From: an uncultured Candidatus Saccharibacteria bacterium
GTDB lineage: Bacteria; Patescibacteriota; Saccharimonadia; CAILAD01; GCA-016700035
Assembly (NCBI GenBank): GCA_964454845.1
Contig: CAYVVS010000004.1
Coordinates: 1-58,748 of the forward strand
DNA: 58,748 nt
Reading direction: 5' to 3'
Made by a program: the position numbers and the translations under genes. Each line of letters begins with the position of its first letter. The first letter of the stretch is position 1. Under the pieces are notes generated by a model. It worked only from the letters and a program-made list of their open reading frames with translations. It did not search any database and had not been told where the DNA came from. Positions 18,482 through 26,916 of this stretch are shown one piece after another.

Positions 18482-19065
18482 AGATTTGACTTTAGATTCC
18501 TCAGTTGAATTTTCGTGCTACCCTCCTGATCTTTTGGCAAAACCTTAGGATAAGGATTAGATATCAAGATTATCTCTATTTGTCTCACGGCAGCTATATC
18601 ACTTAAATCTGTAAGCAACTGGTTGTTTTCGTTATAGTAGCGAAAAAGATTTGCACTCCCATTACTAATTTCACCTAAATCGTACGTTTTTTTGGCCGAT
18701 TCATCGTAAGTGTAGTTTGGTGCTGTACCAGTTGCAGGGATTGTATCAATCCTCAGACGAGAACCTTCAACGTAGTAACGCGACTTATCTGGGACCACAT
18801 CACGAGGGGAGTAGAATGACTCAAACACAATCTCATTATTTTTCACCTCATATATTCTGGTTGTAGATCTTAAGACTCTGCTCATTCTATCTAGAAGCCG
18901 AGTTGTCTCATAATTTGCTTTCGATTGCGCGGCTGCAAACAAATAGGCCCGCCAGCCTTGGTAAGTAATCCAAATAAGCAAGATACTGCCCATTACAATA
19001 AGTGGCAACACTACGAGTAGCTCAACCAGAGTATAGCCTGGTCTTCTCTTGTGCTGGATATTCAT
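18478..19065 (-). CDS. Prepilin-type N-terminal cleavage/methylation domain protein (minor pilin)
   Basis: RRPG|YTLVELLVVLPLIV is a canonical class III signal. 4-nt overlaps on both sides. Confidence 0.8.
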   Translation of the reverse strand: MNIQHKRRPGYTLVELLVVLPLIVMGSILLIWITYQGWRAYLFAAAQSKANYETTRLLDRMSRVLRSTTRIYEVKNNEIVFESFYSPRDVVPDKSRYYVEGSRLRIDTIPATGTAPNYTYDESAKKTYDLGEISNGSANLFRYYNENNQLLTDLSDIAAVRQIEIILISNPYPKVLPKDQEGSTKIQLRNLKSNL

Positions 19066-20414
19066 GGGATTATTACTCCGGAGTATTGAATTGTCTGCCT
19101 CCCGGAAATTGTAACGACAACATCCCAGGCGCCTGACTGTATACCTACCAAATTGAACGTGGCTGAAAGTGAATCTGCACCAGAGGAATTTACCGACGAC
19201 GCACCCCTATCGGGTTGACCAGCTTTCCTCAGGACTACACTTGCAGATCCGGACAGATTTGAGCCAGTAATATCAATAATTGTGCTCGTGGTAATATCTG
19301 GGCTTATAGGGTTAATTTGTGAGATGACCGGATATTGGCTTGGGTTAGCAACTAAGGTTATTCTCGCATCTAATGAAAGGTCGGGTGAAAGGCCTAAGGG
19401 TTGATACGGAGTGGTAGACAACACGGTATAGCCATTAGCAGAGATGACGTAACTGTCCCATTCAACAGAGGCAATATTAATCTTGCCATTCTGATCTGTT
19501 GTGTAAGACTGAGAATATTTATATACGATAGGCGAACTACCAAGTTGTTTTTCTCCCCGAATATCAAGTGTGACTCCTGGCTTAATTTGCCCTGATTGGT
19601 CATAGACAGTCATTGATAAGTTACTAACCTTATCAATTGCAAACGTCTTCGTTACAGTCTGTTGAGCAACGAGCCCAAAATCTGGATTTGCCGGATTTGT
19701 TATGCTGCCGTTAATAGGATAGGTTTTTTCAGAAGAATAACCAGCTTTAGTTACCTCAATATGGTAGTTTTGAGCAGTATCTGGCGGCAACTTAGGAATC
19801 ACTACTTGCCCCAATACGTCGGTCTGCGTACTGACGCCAACCGCTGGTGAAAGTTGCGTATTTACGATACTCACATTGGCAGCCTCTATGGGATTACCAT
19901 TGGCATCAATTACTTTTACTATGAGTACTCCTGTATTTCCTGCAGTTTCTGCAGTTTTTGCTGCAATATCCGTCGATAGCCGAGCGTATGTCTTTTTTTT
20001 ATCCGTAGACATAATGGTAATTGTTGCTTTTTTATAATCATACGGATAAAGATCAACCGGCTTAGACGGAACAGTTCCGTCCAGATTTCCATCAAATTGA
20101 TTATCTACATAGCGTATATCAGTAACTACATTCAGCTTGAGTCCATTCCGCGTAATGATTTCTTCATCAAGGATTGTCCCGGCTGGATAAATTGATCCAG
20201 ACTTTGTTGCGAGTGAGTCGTATGGTAAATTTTTCAATTCCTCGAGTTTTTCTTGTGCCAACCCGATGCTCGTCGATCTAATCTTACTGCTAAATAGCAA
20301 GGTGAGATTTGTAGTTATCAATGAAAAAATAGCTAAAAACATAAAGGCCATCAAGCTCATGGCGATCACTGTCTCAATAAGCGTAAAACCAAGCTTGGCA
20401 GGCGGCTTATACAT
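19062..20414 (-). CDS. Prepilin-type minor pilin with Ig-like/carboxypeptidase-regulatory-like repeats
   Basis: MYKPPAKLG|FTLIETVIAMSL. Start chosen at ATG 20414 to give a 9-aa leader; the track start is 20438. Beta-rich repeats such as VIDANGNPIEAANVSIV and TVYDQSGQIKPGVTLDI. Confidence 0.78.
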   Translation of the reverse strand: MYKPPAKLGFTLIETVIAMSLMAFMFLAIFSLITTNLTLLFSSKIRSTSIGLAQEKLEELKNLPYDSLATKSGSIYPAGTILDEEIITRNGLKLNVVTDIRYVDNQFDGNLDGTVPSKPVDLYPYDYKKATITIMSTDKKKTYARLSTDIAAKTAETAGNTGVLIVKVIDANGNPIEAANVSIVNTQLSPAVGVSTQTDVLGQVVIPKLPPDTAQNYHIEVTKAGYSSEKTYPINGSITNPANPDFGLVAQQTVTKTFAIDKVSNLSMTVYDQSGQIKPGVTLDIRGEKQLGSSPIVYKYSQSYTTDQNGKINIASVEWDSYVISANGYTVLSTTPYQPLGLSPDLSLDARITLVANPSQYPVISQINPISPDITTSTIIDITGSNLSGSASVVLRKAGQPDRGASSVNSSGADSLSATFNLVGIQSGAWDVVVTISGRQTIQYSGVIIP

Positions 20415-20461
20415 GCCGTTATTATACCTCAAGCACAAGCGAATTTAACAGAAGCAAACTA

Positions 20462-20490
20462 TTGACTATTTTGATATTTTATGCTATTAT
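20462..20490 (+). promoter_or_regulatory. Sigma-70-type promoter for the GT2 gene
   Basis: TTGACT-N17-TATTAT. The track start ATG 20481 lies inside the spacer, which supports ATG 20523 as the start. Confidence 0.5.
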
Positions 20491-20522
20491 TACTCATTCT
20501 GTTGACATTTCAGATATTTATT

Positions 20523-21608
20523 ATGAAAAAGTTTTCTGCCACCAAGAAGCATCAACTCGCACTCATTATCCCCGGGCATAATGAGGAACTTGTTATTGAA
20601 AAAACCATCCACTCGGCAATTGCCGCCGGGCTGTCTACGGCGCATATTTACGTCGTAAGTGACAACTCTTCAGATAAGACAGCCGAGCTTGCTACAAATA
20701 TTCTTGGTAAAAATCATGTGATTTCCGTACGTCGCTCCGGCAAGGCACTTGCGATCAAGAAGGCGATCCGCGCCTTCCGTATAAAAAGCCGTTACACCTG
20801 GCTGCATATTGCTGATGCCGACTCAGCTTTTGAAGGTAAGTATTTTAGCATCTTCAAGAAAGAACTAGATCCAGAAAAATATGTTGCCGCTACTGGCTAC
20901 GTAAAATCTATGTACGGTGGCTGGATATCGAAATACCGAGCCTATGAATATAGCTTTGGACAAGAAATCATGCGCCGCATCCAACACATGCTGGGTGTAA
21001 TTCCAGTTATTCCTGGTCCAACCAGCTGTTTCCGTACAGATATCCTCAAGGATCTAGATTTTGAAACCCATAACTTTACGGAAGATTTCGATATCACTAT
21101 CCAAATTCATCGCAAAAAACTTGGGCGCATCGGATTTATTTCGCAAGCCCGCACACTCACGCAGGACCCCAAAGACTATGCTGACTACGTCAAGCAAATT
21201 ACTCGCTGGTACCGTGGCTTTTGGCAAGGAGTCTTAAGCTATAAAATCGGTCGTAAGTGGCAGAAGATTGATGGCTATCTAGGCTATCAGATTCTCGAGA
21301 TGTTTGCCTATTACTTCAACTTACTAGTTTTGCTTCCAATATTGCTTTTGAGTGGGCGAGGAGCGCATGTAATTGCTCAAACTTTCCTCCTTGATGTCGG
21401 TATCTTCTTTGCCATGACGCTTATGGCTTGCGTTGTGCATCGACGCCTCGATATCATCAGTGCTTTTCCGCTGTTTTATCTCTTGCGAATTACCAACATG
21501 GCGATCTACGTCAAAGCTTTCTTTGAAGTTATAGTTTTTCGTCGTTTCCGTGAACGCCAAGTTGGCTGGTCGACTGCAAACCGACGCTATAAAGTGGCTG
21601 AGGCCTAA
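20523..21608 (+). CDS. Processive family-2 glycosyltransferase (PgaC/chitin/cellulose-synthase-like)
   Basis: LIIPGHNEE, DAD, TEDFD and the Q-x-x-R-W motif (QITRW) are followed by C-terminal TM helices. Confidence 0.85.
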   Translation: MKKFSATKKHQLALIIPGHNEELVIEKTIHSAIAAGLSTAHIYVVSDNSSDKTAELATNILGKNHVISVRRSGKALAIKKAIRAFRIKSRYTWLHIADADSAFEGKYFSIFKKELDPEKYVAATGYVKSMYGGWISKYRAYEYSFGQEIMRRIQHMLGVIPVIPGPTSCFRTDILKDLDFETHNFTEDFDITIQIHRKKLGRIGFISQARTLTQDPKDYADYVKQITRWYRGFWQGVLSYKIGRKWQKIDGYLGYQILEMFAYYFNLLVLLPILLLSGRGAHVIAQTFLLDVGIFFAMTLMACVVHRRLDIISAFPLFYLLRITNMAIYVKAFFEVIVFRRFRERQVGWSTANRRYKVAEA

Positions 21609-21611
21609 GCT

Positions 21612-22970
21612 ATGAATAAAAAATTTCTTAATTCATTTCTCTATGTAGTCGCAGCAGGATTTCTCTTGTGGCACCTCCTGCCACTCTTCGCTATTGGTAG
21701 GGTAGTGGCACCAACCGAAAAAACCAATGCGGAACTCGCTGCAAACACTATGTGTTATGGCGGGGGGCTTGATGTACCTACTTTTGGCGATCCGCTCAAA
21801 GATCCACTCATCACTACGCTCAATCAGAAAAACTCGGTTCTCAACTATACCGATACAGCTGAACGCATAGTACTCAATCCCTACCCAACAACCCCCGACG
21901 AATCGCCAGATGCAAGTTGGCAGGCCGATCACTATGGCAATAACACCCCGATTTTTATATCACAGCGTCAAGCATCAGGCGCTTCAGCACTTCGAGTGGA
22001 GCTTGTTGATTACATAGATGGTGACGCCAAGTGGCAGACGCAGAAAATCTCAGTTACGCCTGGTGAGATGTTGAGCTTTAATACTTCATATCGCACCAAT
22101 CAAAAGGTTGTAGCCAGCGTTACGCTGACGCAGAGTGACGGTACAGAAAAATACGTTACCCTCAAACAGCTGTCGGCATCAGAGGATTGGCAGAACCAAA
22201 CCTCTACCGTTATTGTTCCAAATGGCACAGTTTCTCTGCGCTTTTCAACCATTTTAAATACCACAGGTTGGCTCGAAACTAAAAACTATGCCGTATCCCG
22301 AATGAACGCTCCTAAATTCCAGCGCGGTATTGCAACTTTTACCTTTGATGATGGATGGAAGTCTGTGTACAATCAGGGCCTGCCCCTGTTCGATAAATAC
22401 GGTATCAAAACGACACAGTTTATAGTGGCCGACTACGATGTAAACGAAGCCTATATGACGCCTGAACAAATTCGCGAACTCCAGAAGCAAGGTCATGATA
22501 TCGGTTCGCACTCCTACTCACATGCAGACCACTCAAAACTACAGGGAGATGAGCTGATGCTAGAAGTTGCCGGCTCACGTGCTGTCCTCAACAGTAAGTT
22601 TGGTGGAGTAAACAATTTCGCTGCACCATTTGGCCGCTACAACCAAGATGTAACTAAAATGATTCGCAAATGCTATCAGAGTCACCGAACAACAGATACC
22701 GGCTTTAATGCCCCAGGGTATGATCGCTATCAAATTAAAGTACAAAACGTAGAAGTAGACACAACTCCAGAGCAAATACGTGAGTGGGCTCAGTTTGCTC
22801 AAAACAACAACCTCTGGCTGGTTCTGGTGTATCACCAGGTGGAAGACGGTGGGGAATACTCAGTTGATACAAATGCCCTTGAAAGCCATTTAAGGGCGGT
22901 GAAAGATACGGGTATCCACATCGATACCTATGAAAAGGCCCTCATCGAAACCTATTCGCAGGGACGCTAA
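21612..22970 (+). CDS. Polysaccharide deacetylase (CE4/NodB domain) with N-terminal beta-sandwich domain
   Basis: N-terminal TM, a central ~150-aa beta-rich domain, and NodB motifs FTFDDGW and HSYSH. Confidence 0.85.
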   Translation: MNKKFLNSFLYVVAAGFLLWHLLPLFAIGRVVAPTEKTNAELAANTMCYGGGLDVPTFGDPLKDPLITTLNQKNSVLNYTDTAERIVLNPYPTTPDESPDASWQADHYGNNTPIFISQRQASGASALRVELVDYIDGDAKWQTQKISVTPGEMLSFNTSYRTNQKVVASVTLTQSDGTEKYVTLKQLSASEDWQNQTSTVIVPNGTVSLRFSTILNTTGWLETKNYAVSRMNAPKFQRGIATFTFDDGWKSVYNQGLPLFDKYGIKTTQFIVADYDVNEAYMTPEQIRELQKQGHDIGSHSYSHADHSKLQGDELMLEVAGSRAVLNSKFGGVNNFAAPFGRYNQDVTKMIRKCYQSHRTTDTGFNAPGYDRYQIKVQNVEVDTTPEQIREWAQFAQNNNLWLVLVYHQVEDGGEYSVDTNALESHLRAVKDTGIHIDTYEKALIETYSQGR

Positions 22971-24121
22971 AAAGCGGCCCGCTGGGCAAGCCCTAGCGCA
23001 TAGTCAGCCCACCACTCACCGCTAGTTGGCGCGCCATTGCAGGACCCATCAGATTCACCGGGGTACTTGAGCCAAAGATAGGCATCAATCGGGTTGCCTC
23101 CCTGAGCACTCGGCGGTAAACCCAAACCTCTACCTTCTGGATTACACCAGGCTAAATCTGGAGCTGGGCCTTGGCCGTTCCGGCTTGTATCTATCACGAC
23201 GTGCAATCCACCTGTTTGCTGACTAATTTTACTCCCATAAACCTGTGACTCCGCGGTAGTCAAAAAATTTGAGACATTAAGGGAGACACCTTGCAGTCCC
23301 TGGGTACCAATTTGGCGTATGCGCCCAGCCATGACATCCGCACCTTGCCAGCGCGCATTTCCCGCATCTAGATATACATAATGATTTGCATCTGCAGATA
23401 AGATATCAATTGCCGCACGCAACACATCACTACGCTCTTGACGCTGTGCTGGCGTGAGGCAATCCCACCCAGCTAAGGCATCCGGCTCTAAAATGAACAC
23501 AGCCTTTTTGCCACTACTGGCGCCTGCGATAGACCGCACCCAAGCTTGATATGCCGAAGCGCTCGTTGCTCCACCCGCAGAATAGCTTCCACAGTCACGA
23601 ATGGGGATATTGTAGAGAATAAATACTGGAAGAGCCCCTTGTGACTGCATCTGACCGAGCCATTGCCTAGTAGCGGAGCCGACATCACCGTACCAACCGC
23701 CCAACCAAATTCCTACCGAGTTATTCGCAATTTTTGATATCAGAGTTGCATCACCAGGGCGAGTGCTTTGCCAAGTATTTACTTGTCGACGAGCTGGAGA
23801 ATTTGGATCTACAAAGAGCTTAGCCCCTGCGAAAGGATTTTGCCGTACCGAGACAACTTGTCGCTGAGCTTGGCGTTTCTTTTGTTCTAACTGAGCTTGA
23901 GCTTCGGCCTTTTTGAGGGCTTCTTCTGGGTTTTCCGTAGTTTCAGGTGGCGGAGCGGCAGTTGCCTGCGTCTGAGAAACTGATGCGACTAAATCCTGCG
24001 ATACAGCAGGTAAATATCGCGCCAAAAGAGGCGATAATGAGATGGCACCGCCAACGTAGGCTATAACAGCAAAAGCTGTGAGCACACCCAGCCGAATACG
24101 CCTGAAAGCTAACTTATCCAA
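22967..24121 (-). CDS. Glycoside hydrolase family 6 (beta-1,4-glucanase-type), membrane-anchored
   Basis: TTG start after AAGGGGGGTG. N-terminal TM and linker. GH6 blocks LYNIPIRDCGSYSAGG, FILEPDALA, VYLDAGNARW, VSLNVSNF, IDTSRNG, WCNPEGRGLG and LWLKYPGESDG. Confidence 0.9.
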   Translation of the reverse strand: MDKLAFRRIRLGVLTAFAVIAYVGGAISLSPLLARYLPAVSQDLVASVSQTQATAAPPPETTENPEEALKKAEAQAQLEQKKRQAQRQVVSVRQNPFAGAKLFVDPNSPARRQVNTWQSTRPGDATLISKIANNSVGIWLGGWYGDVGSATRQWLGQMQSQGALPVFILYNIPIRDCGSYSAGGATSASAYQAWVRSIAGASSGKKAVFILEPDALAGWDCLTPAQRQERSDVLRAAIDILSADANHYVYLDAGNARWQGADVMAGRIRQIGTQGLQGVSLNVSNFLTTAESQVYGSKISQQTGGLHVVIDTSRNGQGPAPDLAWCNPEGRGLGLPPSAQGGNPIDAYLWLKYPGESDGSCNGAPTSGEWWADYALGLAQRAAF

Positions 24122-24183
24122 TTCACCCCCCTTATGTTTACTTTAGTGTAGGTGACAGACCCATAAAACGTCAACCAAAACTA

Positions 24184-24212
24184 TTGACAAATACGCTTAT
24201 GACTGATAAAAT
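24184..24212 (+). promoter_or_regulatory. Near-consensus sigma-70 promoter
   Basis: TTGACA (24184-24189), N17, TAAAAT (24207-24212). Confidence 0.6.
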
Positions 24213-24225
24213 ACAGGGTATACGA

Positions 24226-24267
24226 AATGAGGGTGAGTCACATAGCGTGACTTAGCCTCATTTTTTT
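24226..24267 (+). terminator. Promoter-proximal intrinsic terminator/attenuator, or 3' end of a ~50-nt sRNA
   Basis: 16-bp stem AATGAGGGTGAGTCAC / GTGACTTAGCCTCATT (one mismatch, one G-U), 5-nt loop, then TTTTTTT. It begins about 7 nt after the predicted TSS. Confidence 0.55.
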
Positions 24268-24303
24268 GTATGCAGATTACTTAACGAACTTATAGGAGTC
24301 GCT

Positions 24304-24477
24304 ATGACTTACGGAAAAGGTGGTGGCACACTACCTACAACTGTTGGGATCGCAACTGGTGCAGCTTTGCCTGCAACTGGTGCTACTGACAGCTGGATGG
24401 TGGTTGTTGCAGCAGCTATTGCAGCCGGTTTGGTTGCTTGGGGCATGCTCTACGCCATAAAGAACCGCGTTCGCTAA
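24304..24477 (+). CDS. 57-aa stand-alone LPXTG-like sorting-signal peptide (hypothetical; below the ORF-track size cutoff)
   Basis: AGGAG 5 nt before the ATG. MTYGKGGGTLPTTVGIATGAALPATGATDSWMVVVAAAIAAGLVAWGMLYAIKNRVR has LPATG, a hydrophobic helix and a basic tail. Its own terminator follows. Confidence 0.5.
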   Translation: MTYGKGGGTLPTTVGIATGAALPATGATDSWMVVVAAAIAAGLVAWGMLYAIKNRVR

Positions 24478-24493
24478 TACAAAACGCAACCAT

Positions 24494-24532
24494 AAGCCCT
24501 TCTGACATTCTTGAATGAAAAGAAGGGCTTTT
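24494..24532 (+). terminator. Intrinsic terminator
   Basis: AAGCCCTTCT / AGAAGGGCTT stem followed by TTTT. Confidence 0.7.
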
Positions 24533-24538
24533 GCGTAT

Positions 24539-25774
24539 CTATTGCCAGGTTGGAGGAAGTGTTGTTGGGACAACACTCACCCAAGTCTGTCCACGATTTA
24601 ACGACACAGGCGCCCCAACGCCATCAAGAAACTGCATCCTGTCGGTGGCAGAATTCTTAACCCAAGTGACCTCTTTTACTGCACCATCCTGGAAAATATA
24701 CCCCGAACCTTTGCCAATAATATCTATATCTGTTTTTGGCTTACCATTTTGTTGCTTACCAGCTACGGCTGAAGCCTTAAGGATAATTACGGTCTTAGGA
24801 TTTACTTGCTTATTATTTGCCGCCGCATCTACATCAGCTTTTCCGCCAACCTCTCTGAGATAACTATTCGTGCCGACATCATAGCGGAAAACCGCTCGAT
24901 AATCAGCGCTGGAAAAATTTGCTGTGATAACCGTAGCGCTTGGTGATTGGCTGGGCTGATCATCTTTACGTGGCCAAGGATTGAAAGCTGGAGCGCCGCC
25001 CCAGCCGCGGGAGGTAATCAGTGCTGTATAGTTATCACCATAAATATACAAATTATGCGGGGCAATCCGAGAGCTTACTCGACGAAAAGGGGAGCCACTA
25101 AGAGCTTCAACATTTTTAAACCCTGGATCTTGCGCAAGTGCCAAGCCATCGGTTGAGCCACCCGCGTGAGCCGTCGGAGCACCATATTCCATCGCCGAAT
25201 AAAAGAATACCGGGCGCAAACTTCGTACCGGACCGATATCCTGGGGAGTATCTGCTTGCCACAGAGCCAAATATCGAGTAATCCCGCCCTCGGCAAGAGC
25301 CTCATACACGACACCTGCGCTAGAAAGACCCGATTGAGGTCGGGCGGCACCACGGCCGGCCATGTTCTCTATAATTGACGCCATCACCGGCTTTTCGGCA
25401 ATGTTAGGCTCAACTAAAACACCAGTTAGGGCGCTCGGTTTGGTAGTTGGTGCTGGCGAAGCTTCGGCTTTCACCTCTTCTGCTGGACCTACGCTAGTGC
25501 TCGGCGCAGGTGCCTTACGTCCTAGCGCATAGTAAGCCCCTGCACTCACTGCTGCCAGTAGAAGTATCACACTAGCCACGATAATTGCCAGCTTCTTTTT
25601 TGAGGTCTTCTTCTTAAGATCTGACGCCGCTGGATGCCCAGCATTAATTAAGGACTCGCCACGTTTTTTTGATGCAGTTGGCTCAGCACGCAAAAGTGAT
25701 GGATCTTGCGACATATCTACCGCTCCAAGTTGGTGCCCATTTTCTTGCGATGTATTTTTTGTCTTTTTTTGCAT
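24539..25774 (-). CDS. DUF3048-like secreted/membrane-anchored protein (YerB-like)
   Basis: N-terminal TM after a basic region and a low-complexity linker. The blocks ITRYLALW...GPVRSLRPVFFYSAMEYG...AHAGGS resemble DUF3048. Confidence 0.6.
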   Translation of the reverse strand: MQKKTKNTSQENGHQLGAVDMSQDPSLLRAEPTASKKRGESLINAGHPAASDLKKKTSKKKLAIIVASVILLLAAVSAGAYYALGRKAPAPSTSVGPAEEVKAEASPAPTTKPSALTGVLVEPNIAEKPVMASIIENMAGRGAARPQSGLSSAGVVYEALAEGGITRYLALWQADTPQDIGPVRSLRPVFFYSAMEYGAPTAHAGGSTDGLALAQDPGFKNVEALSGSPFRRVSSRIAPHNLYIYGDNYTALITSRGWGGAPAFNPWPRKDDQPSQSPSATVITANFSSADYRAVFRYDVGTNSYLREVGGKADVDAAANNKQVNPKTVIILKASAVAGKQQNGKPKTDIDIIGKGSGYIFQDGAVKEVTWVKNSATDRMQFLDGVGAPVSLNRGQTWVSVVPTTLPPTWQ

Positions 25775-25845
25775 AGCCCCTATATGCCAATGCCGGCAAA
25801 TTTACTTACCGGCATTATAGCATGAGCACTATACTCTTTCTAGAA

Positions 25846-26880
25846 CTAGTCCCAATTGAGCGTGCCACCAGTCTGATACTCTGTAACGCGCGTTTCAAAG
25901 AAGTTCTTCTCTTTTGTGAGATCAATCGCTTCACTCATCCATGGGAATGGATTTTCAACGTTAAACTGTGGCGGCAAGCCAACGCGCTGTAAGCGGCGAT
26001 CGGCAATGTGCTCAATGTACTGACGAAAACCATCGGCGTTCATGCCAAAGATGCCGCGAGGAAACACTTCAGCCGCAAATTTGTACTCAAGCTCGGCAGC
26101 CTTACGTACGAGACCCACGATGTGCTGTTGAAATTCTGGAGTCCACAGCTCTGGCTGCTCTTCTTTAATGGTGTTAATCAGCTTTATGCCAAAGTTCAGA
26201 TGCTGAGTTTCATCGCGCATAATGTACTGAATCTGCTCAGCGGCTCCCACCATTTTGTTCTGACGCTGAAAACCAAACATCACGGCGAACGAACTGTAGA
26301 AGAAGATGCCTTCTAGGATGAGCGAGAATACACAGAGGTTTTCCAAAAACTTCTGATCGTTCTCAAACGTACCAGTCTTAAAGGCTGGGTCAAAAATACC
26401 TTCGTTAAAGCTCAAGATAAACTCAGCCTTAGAGTAGATGCCGTCAACTTCTCGGTACATATTGAAGATTTCGCCACCGTCTAAACCAAGACTTTCCACA
26501 ATGTATTGGTAGGCATGGGTGTGAATAGCTTCTTCATAAGCCTGACGCAACAAGTACATACGACACTCTGGGCTCGAAATATGCTTATACATCGCCAGCA
26601 CCACATTATTTGCAGCGATCGAGTCGGCAGTCGTAAAGAAACCTAGTACGGTTTTTAAGGCTTTTACTTCATCATCGGTGAGTCTGCCATTGCGCAGCTG
26701 CTCAATGTCACTCATCATGGTAATTTCTGTTGGTAGCCAGTGGTTGGCATTTCCGGCATTGTAGGCATCCCAAGCAAAGCTATGCTTCATGGGGTGTAGC
26801 TGTATGACGTCAGCATCAGCTCCGTTTATGATGCGGCGAGCGTTAATGTCGGGACGTGTTGTGGTCTTGGTGATCGGCAT
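25846..26880 (-). CDS. nrdB: Ribonucleotide-diphosphate reductase beta subunit (class Ia)
   Basis: Di-iron ligand blocks EEAIHTHAY and RDETQHLNF. Typical R2 length. C-terminal tail ...TGGTLNWD. Confidence 0.93.
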   Translation of the reverse strand: MPITKTTTRPDINARRIINGADADVIQLHPMKHSFAWDAYNAGNANHWLPTEITMMSDIEQLRNGRLTDDEVKALKTVLGFFTTADSIAANNVVLAMYKHISSPECRMYLLRQAYEEAIHTHAYQYIVESLGLDGGEIFNMYREVDGIYSKAEFILSFNEGIFDPAFKTGTFENDQKFLENLCVFSLILEGIFFYSSFAVMFGFQRQNKMVGAAEQIQYIMRDETQHLNFGIKLINTIKEEQPELWTPEFQQHIVGLVRKAAELEYKFAAEVFPRGIFGMNADGFRQYIEHIADRRLQRVGLPPQFNVENPFPWMSEAIDLTKEKNFFETRVTEYQTGGTLNWD

Positions 26881-26916
26881 ATGACCCTCCTTTAAAAGTT
26901 ATCGTAGTAGTACATA

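Noticed and set aside
22967-24121. Compositional evidence for recent horizontal transfer of the GH6 gene
   Set aside because: A hand count of 32/60 G+C in 23041-23100 is only slightly above the genome background. Any claim of foreign origin rests on family distribution, not on composition.
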